Part shown: piece by piece, positions 14,721-17,239 of the stretch
Position numbering within the stretch: the stretch's first letter is position 1
How the letters are laid out: each line of letters opens with the position of its first letter
Source of the DNA: Eubacterium sp.
GTDB lineage: Bacteria > Bacillota > Clostridia > Lachnospirales > Lachnospiraceae
NCBI GenBank assembly: GCA_017965495.1
Contig: JAGCPW010000088.1
Span: forward strand, 1-17,239
Reading direction: 5' to 3'
DNA: 17,239 bases
Program-made: the position numbers and the translations under genes
Notes under the pieces: generated by a model
What the model was told of the DNA's origin: nothing
The model's database searches: none
What the model saw: only the letters and a program-made list of their open reading frames with translations

Positions 14721-16292
14721 ATGAGCAAACCATTTTATTTGACAACAGCTATAGCGTACACATCTGGAAAGCCTCACATTGGTAATACCTATGAGGCTAT
14801 TTTAGCGGACGCTATTGTTAGATTTAAAAGAGAACAGGGATATGACGTGAGATTCCAGACTGGAACTGACGAGCACGGACAAAAGGTGGAAGAGAAAGCT
14901 GCAGAGCAGGGAGTTACACCTAAAGAATTTGTGGATGAAGTTTCAGGCGAGATTAAGAGAATCTGGGACTTAATGGGAACAAGTTACGACAGATTTATCA
15001 GAACTACTGACGAAGATCACGAAAAACAGGTTCAAAAAATATTTAAGAAATTATATGACCAGGGAGACATTTACAAAGACTCTTACGAGGGACTTTACTG
15101 TACTCCTTGTGAATCATTCTGGACAGAAGCACAGCTTAAGGACGGCAAATGCCCTGACTGTGGTAGAGATGTTAAGCCAGCCAAAGAAGAAGCTTACTTC
15201 TTTAGAATGAGTAAATATGCAGATAGACTAATCGAGCACATAAACACTCATCCAGAGTTTATCCAACCTGAATCTAGAAAGAACGAGATGATGAACAACT
15301 TCCTTCTTCCAGGACTTCAGGATTTGTGCGTGTCTAGATCATCATTCAAGTGGGGAGTGCCTGTGGACTTTGACCCAGAGCACGTAATCTACGTTTGGAT
15401 AGATGCACTTTCAAACTATATTACTGGATTGGGATATGACGCAGACGGAAACCACGATGAATTATACAAAAAATATTGGCCAGCAGATATACATTTGATT
15501 GGAAAGGATATTTTGAGATTCCATACTATTTATTGGCCAACATTATTAATGGCGCTAGATATTCCTTTGCCTAAGCAAATTTTCGGACATCCATGGTTAC
15601 TACAGGATGGCGGAAAGATGAGTAAGTCTAAAGGAAACACTATCTATGCTGATGACTTGGCTAAGTACTTTGGCGTGGATGCGGTTAGATATTTCGTTCT
15701 TCACGAGATGCCATTTGAAAATGATGGAAACATCACTTGGGATTTGATGCTAGAGAGAATGAATTCTGATCTTGCAAACACACTTGGAAACTTGGTAAAT
15801 AGAACTATATCTATGTCAAACAAATATTTTGACGGAGTGGTTGCTGATAAGGGTGCAGCAGAAGATGTGGACGCAGAATTAAAGCAGACTATATTGGACG
15901 CAGCCAAAGAAGCTAACGCGAAGATTGATGAGCTAAGAGTAGCTGATGCACTAAGCGCAGTAATGTCAATTTTTAAGCGTCTAAACAAATATATTGATGA
16001 GACAGAGCCTTGGGTTTTGGCAAAAGAAGAGGAGAAGGCAGACAGACTTTCAACTGTTCTTTACAACCTTATTGAGGGAATCAATATTGGTGCAAGTTTG
16101 CTTAAACCATTTATGCCTGAGACATCAGAAAAGATTTTAGCTCAGATTAATGCAGACTTTAGGAACTTCGACAATATGGAAGAGTTTGGTCTTTACGAGT
16201 CAGGCAAGAAGGTTACTGATGAGCCAGAAATCTTGTTTGCAAGAATGAAGATGGATGAGCTTATTGAGAAGGTGGAAGCAGACGCTGAGTAA
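14721..16292 (+). CDS. metG: Methionine--tRNA ligase, short form without the C-terminal tRNA-binding appendage
   Basis: 523-aa ORF. HIGN motif (KPHIGNTYE), KMSKS motif (GGKMSKSKGN) and zinc knuckle CTPCE...CPDCG. It ends shortly after the anticodon-binding helical domain. GGAGA RBS; the gap to the HPr-like gene is only 25 nt. Confidence 0.9.
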   Translation: MSKPFYLTTAIAYTSGKPHIGNTYEAILADAIVRFKREQGYDVRFQTGTDEHGQKVEEKAAEQGVTPKEFVDEVSGEIKRIWDLMGTSYDRFIRTTDEDHEKQVQKIFKKLYDQGDIYKDSYEGLYCTPCESFWTEAQLKDGKCPDCGRDVKPAKEEAYFFRMSKYADRLIEHINTHPEFIQPESRKNEMMNNFLLPGLQDLCVSRSSFKWGVPVDFDPEHVIYVWIDALSNYITGLGYDADGNHDELYKKYWPADIHLIGKDILRFHTIYWPTLLMALDIPLPKQIFGHPWLLQDGGKMSKSKGNTIYADDLAKYFGVDAVRYFVLHEMPFENDGNITWDLMLERMNSDLANTLGNLVNRTISMSNKYFDGVVADKGAAEDVDAELKQTILDAAKEANAKIDELRVADALSAVMSIFKRLNKYIDETEPWVLAKEEEKADRLSTVLYNLIEGINIGASLLKPFMPETSEKILAQINADFRNFDNMEEFGLYESGKKVTDEPEILFARMKMDELIEKVEADAE

Positions 16293-16313
16293 AACTGGCG
16301 ACTAGGAGAAAAT

Positions 16314-17081
16314 ATGATTTTTGATACACACGCTCATTTTGACGATGAGAGATTCAACGAAGATAGAGACGAATTGCTCGGCTCCATGAGAAATCATGGA
16401 GTCGAGTTTATAGTGAATATAGGTTCGGAAATGGATACGTGCCACGATACACTGGATCTAATAAAGAAGTACGATTTTATGTACGGCACACTAGGCATTC
16501 ATCCAGACTGCGTTTATGATTTGACAGATGACGATTATCAGTGGATAGAGGCTCATATAAATGACGACAAGATAGTGGCAGTGGGCGAGATAGGACTAGA
16601 TTATTACCGCGAGTACGACAAAGATGTTCAAAAGAATGCGTTCATTCGCCAAATGGACATTGCTAGAAGAAATAATAAGCCAATAGTAGTACACAGCCGT
16701 GATGCTGCGCAAGATACCTATGAGATTATGAAAGAAAACCATGCCGAAGAATTGGGAGGCGTAGTACACTGTTTCTCATATTCCACAGAGATGGCTGAGA
16801 AGTTTATGGATATGGGATTTTATATCGGAATAGGTGGAGTAGTTACATTTAAAAACTCCAAGAAATTACAGGAAGTGGCAAAAGCTATGCCAATTGAAAG
16901 GTTAGTTCTAGAAACTGACTGTCCATACCTTGCGCCAGACCCACATAGAGGCGAGAGAAATGATTCCACATACATAAGTTATGTGGCAGACAAAATAGCA
17001 GAGCTTAGAGGCATGAGTACAGAAGAACTAATCAAGACTACCACAGAGAATGCCAAGAGAATGTATAGAATAGAGGAATAA
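16314..17081 (+). CDS. tatD: TatD-family metal-dependent hydrolase (YabD-like)
   Basis: 255-aa ORF. Contains FDTHAH, GEIGLDY, VHSRDA, VHCFS and LETDCPYL, the typical TatD metal-ligand motifs. AGGAGA RBS. Confidence 0.9.
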   Translation: MIFDTHAHFDDERFNEDRDELLGSMRNHGVEFIVNIGSEMDTCHDTLDLIKKYDFMYGTLGIHPDCVYDLTDDDYQWIEAHINDDKIVAVGEIGLDYYREYDKDVQKNAFIRQMDIARRNNKPIVVHSRDAAQDTYEIMKENHAEELGGVVHCFSYSTEMAEKFMDMGFYIGIGGVVTFKNSKKLQEVAKAMPIERLVLETDCPYLAPDPHRGERNDSTYISYVADKIAELRGMSTEELIKTTTENAKRMYRIEE

Positions 17082-17083
17082 TT

Positions 17084-17239
17084 ATGGCATATCTTGCATC
17101 TCTAAGAGAGACAAAAGCAATAATAGATAGTTATTCATTCAATTTCCAAAAGAAGTTTGGACAAAACTTTTTGGTGGATTCAAATGTGCTTGAAAACATA
17201 ATTGAAAAAGCTGGAATAACTGAAGATGACTTGGTGCTA
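17084..17239 (+). CDS. rsmA: 16S rRNA (adenine1518/1519-N6)-dimethyltransferase, N-terminal 52 codons (runs off-window)
   Basis: The ATG at 17084 follows GAGGAA (17073-17078). Translation is MAYLASLRETKAIIDSYSFNFQKKFGQNFLVDSNVLENII..., with the KsgA/RsmA signature KKFGQNFL. Synteny with metG and tatD supports the call. Confidence 0.85.
   Translation, partial: MAYLASLRETKAIIDSYSFNFQKKFGQNFLVDSNVLENIIEKAGITEDDLVL

Noticed and set aside
1-17239. Search for CRISPR arrays, IS elements or transposases, integrases, phage genes, toxin-antitoxin pairs and rRNA.
   Set aside because: I found no spaced direct-repeat arrays, no long terminal inverted repeats and no ORFs with transposase, integrase or phage motifs. 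Recognisable housekeeping or transporter ORFs and the two regulatory intergenic regions described account for essentially all of the sequence.

Overview
This is a low-GC Firmicutes (Clostridia-like) chromosomal window in which every supported gene is on the + strand. The backbone is the conserved housekeeping block known from the Bacillus subtilis origin-proximal region. In order it holds: the 3' end of tRNA-Phe, an Orn/Lys/Arg decarboxylase (yaaO-like), a guanylate-kinase-like protein, holB, ricT/yaaT (PSP1), a yabB-like tRNA m6A methyltransferase, rsmI, then metG, tatD/yabD and the start of rsmA/ksgA. Between rsmI and metG lies accessory content. It starts with an 840-aa LTA-synthase/sulfatase-family membrane protein. 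Next comes a cobalamin-riboswitch-like leader with an intrinsic terminator, followed by a tightly packed six-gene operon (8507-14197). That operon encodes a secreted DUF4430 protein, a surface-anchored prenyltransferase-like alpha/alpha-toroid protein, a membrane-anchored DUF4430 protein, and a dedicated ECF transporter (T component, fused A-A' ATPase, S component). The last accessory gene is an HPr-like protein with Lys in place of the catalytic His15. The most interesting signal is the riboswitch operon. The toroid and the DUF4430 domains resemble the alpha and beta domains of eukaryotic transcobalamin/intrinsic factor, here encoded as separate cell-surface polypeptides and coupled to an ECF importer. 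I read this as a Gram-positive surface B12-capture system. I am not aware of any experimental characterisation of such a system. I saw no CRISPR array, transposase, integrase or rRNA.
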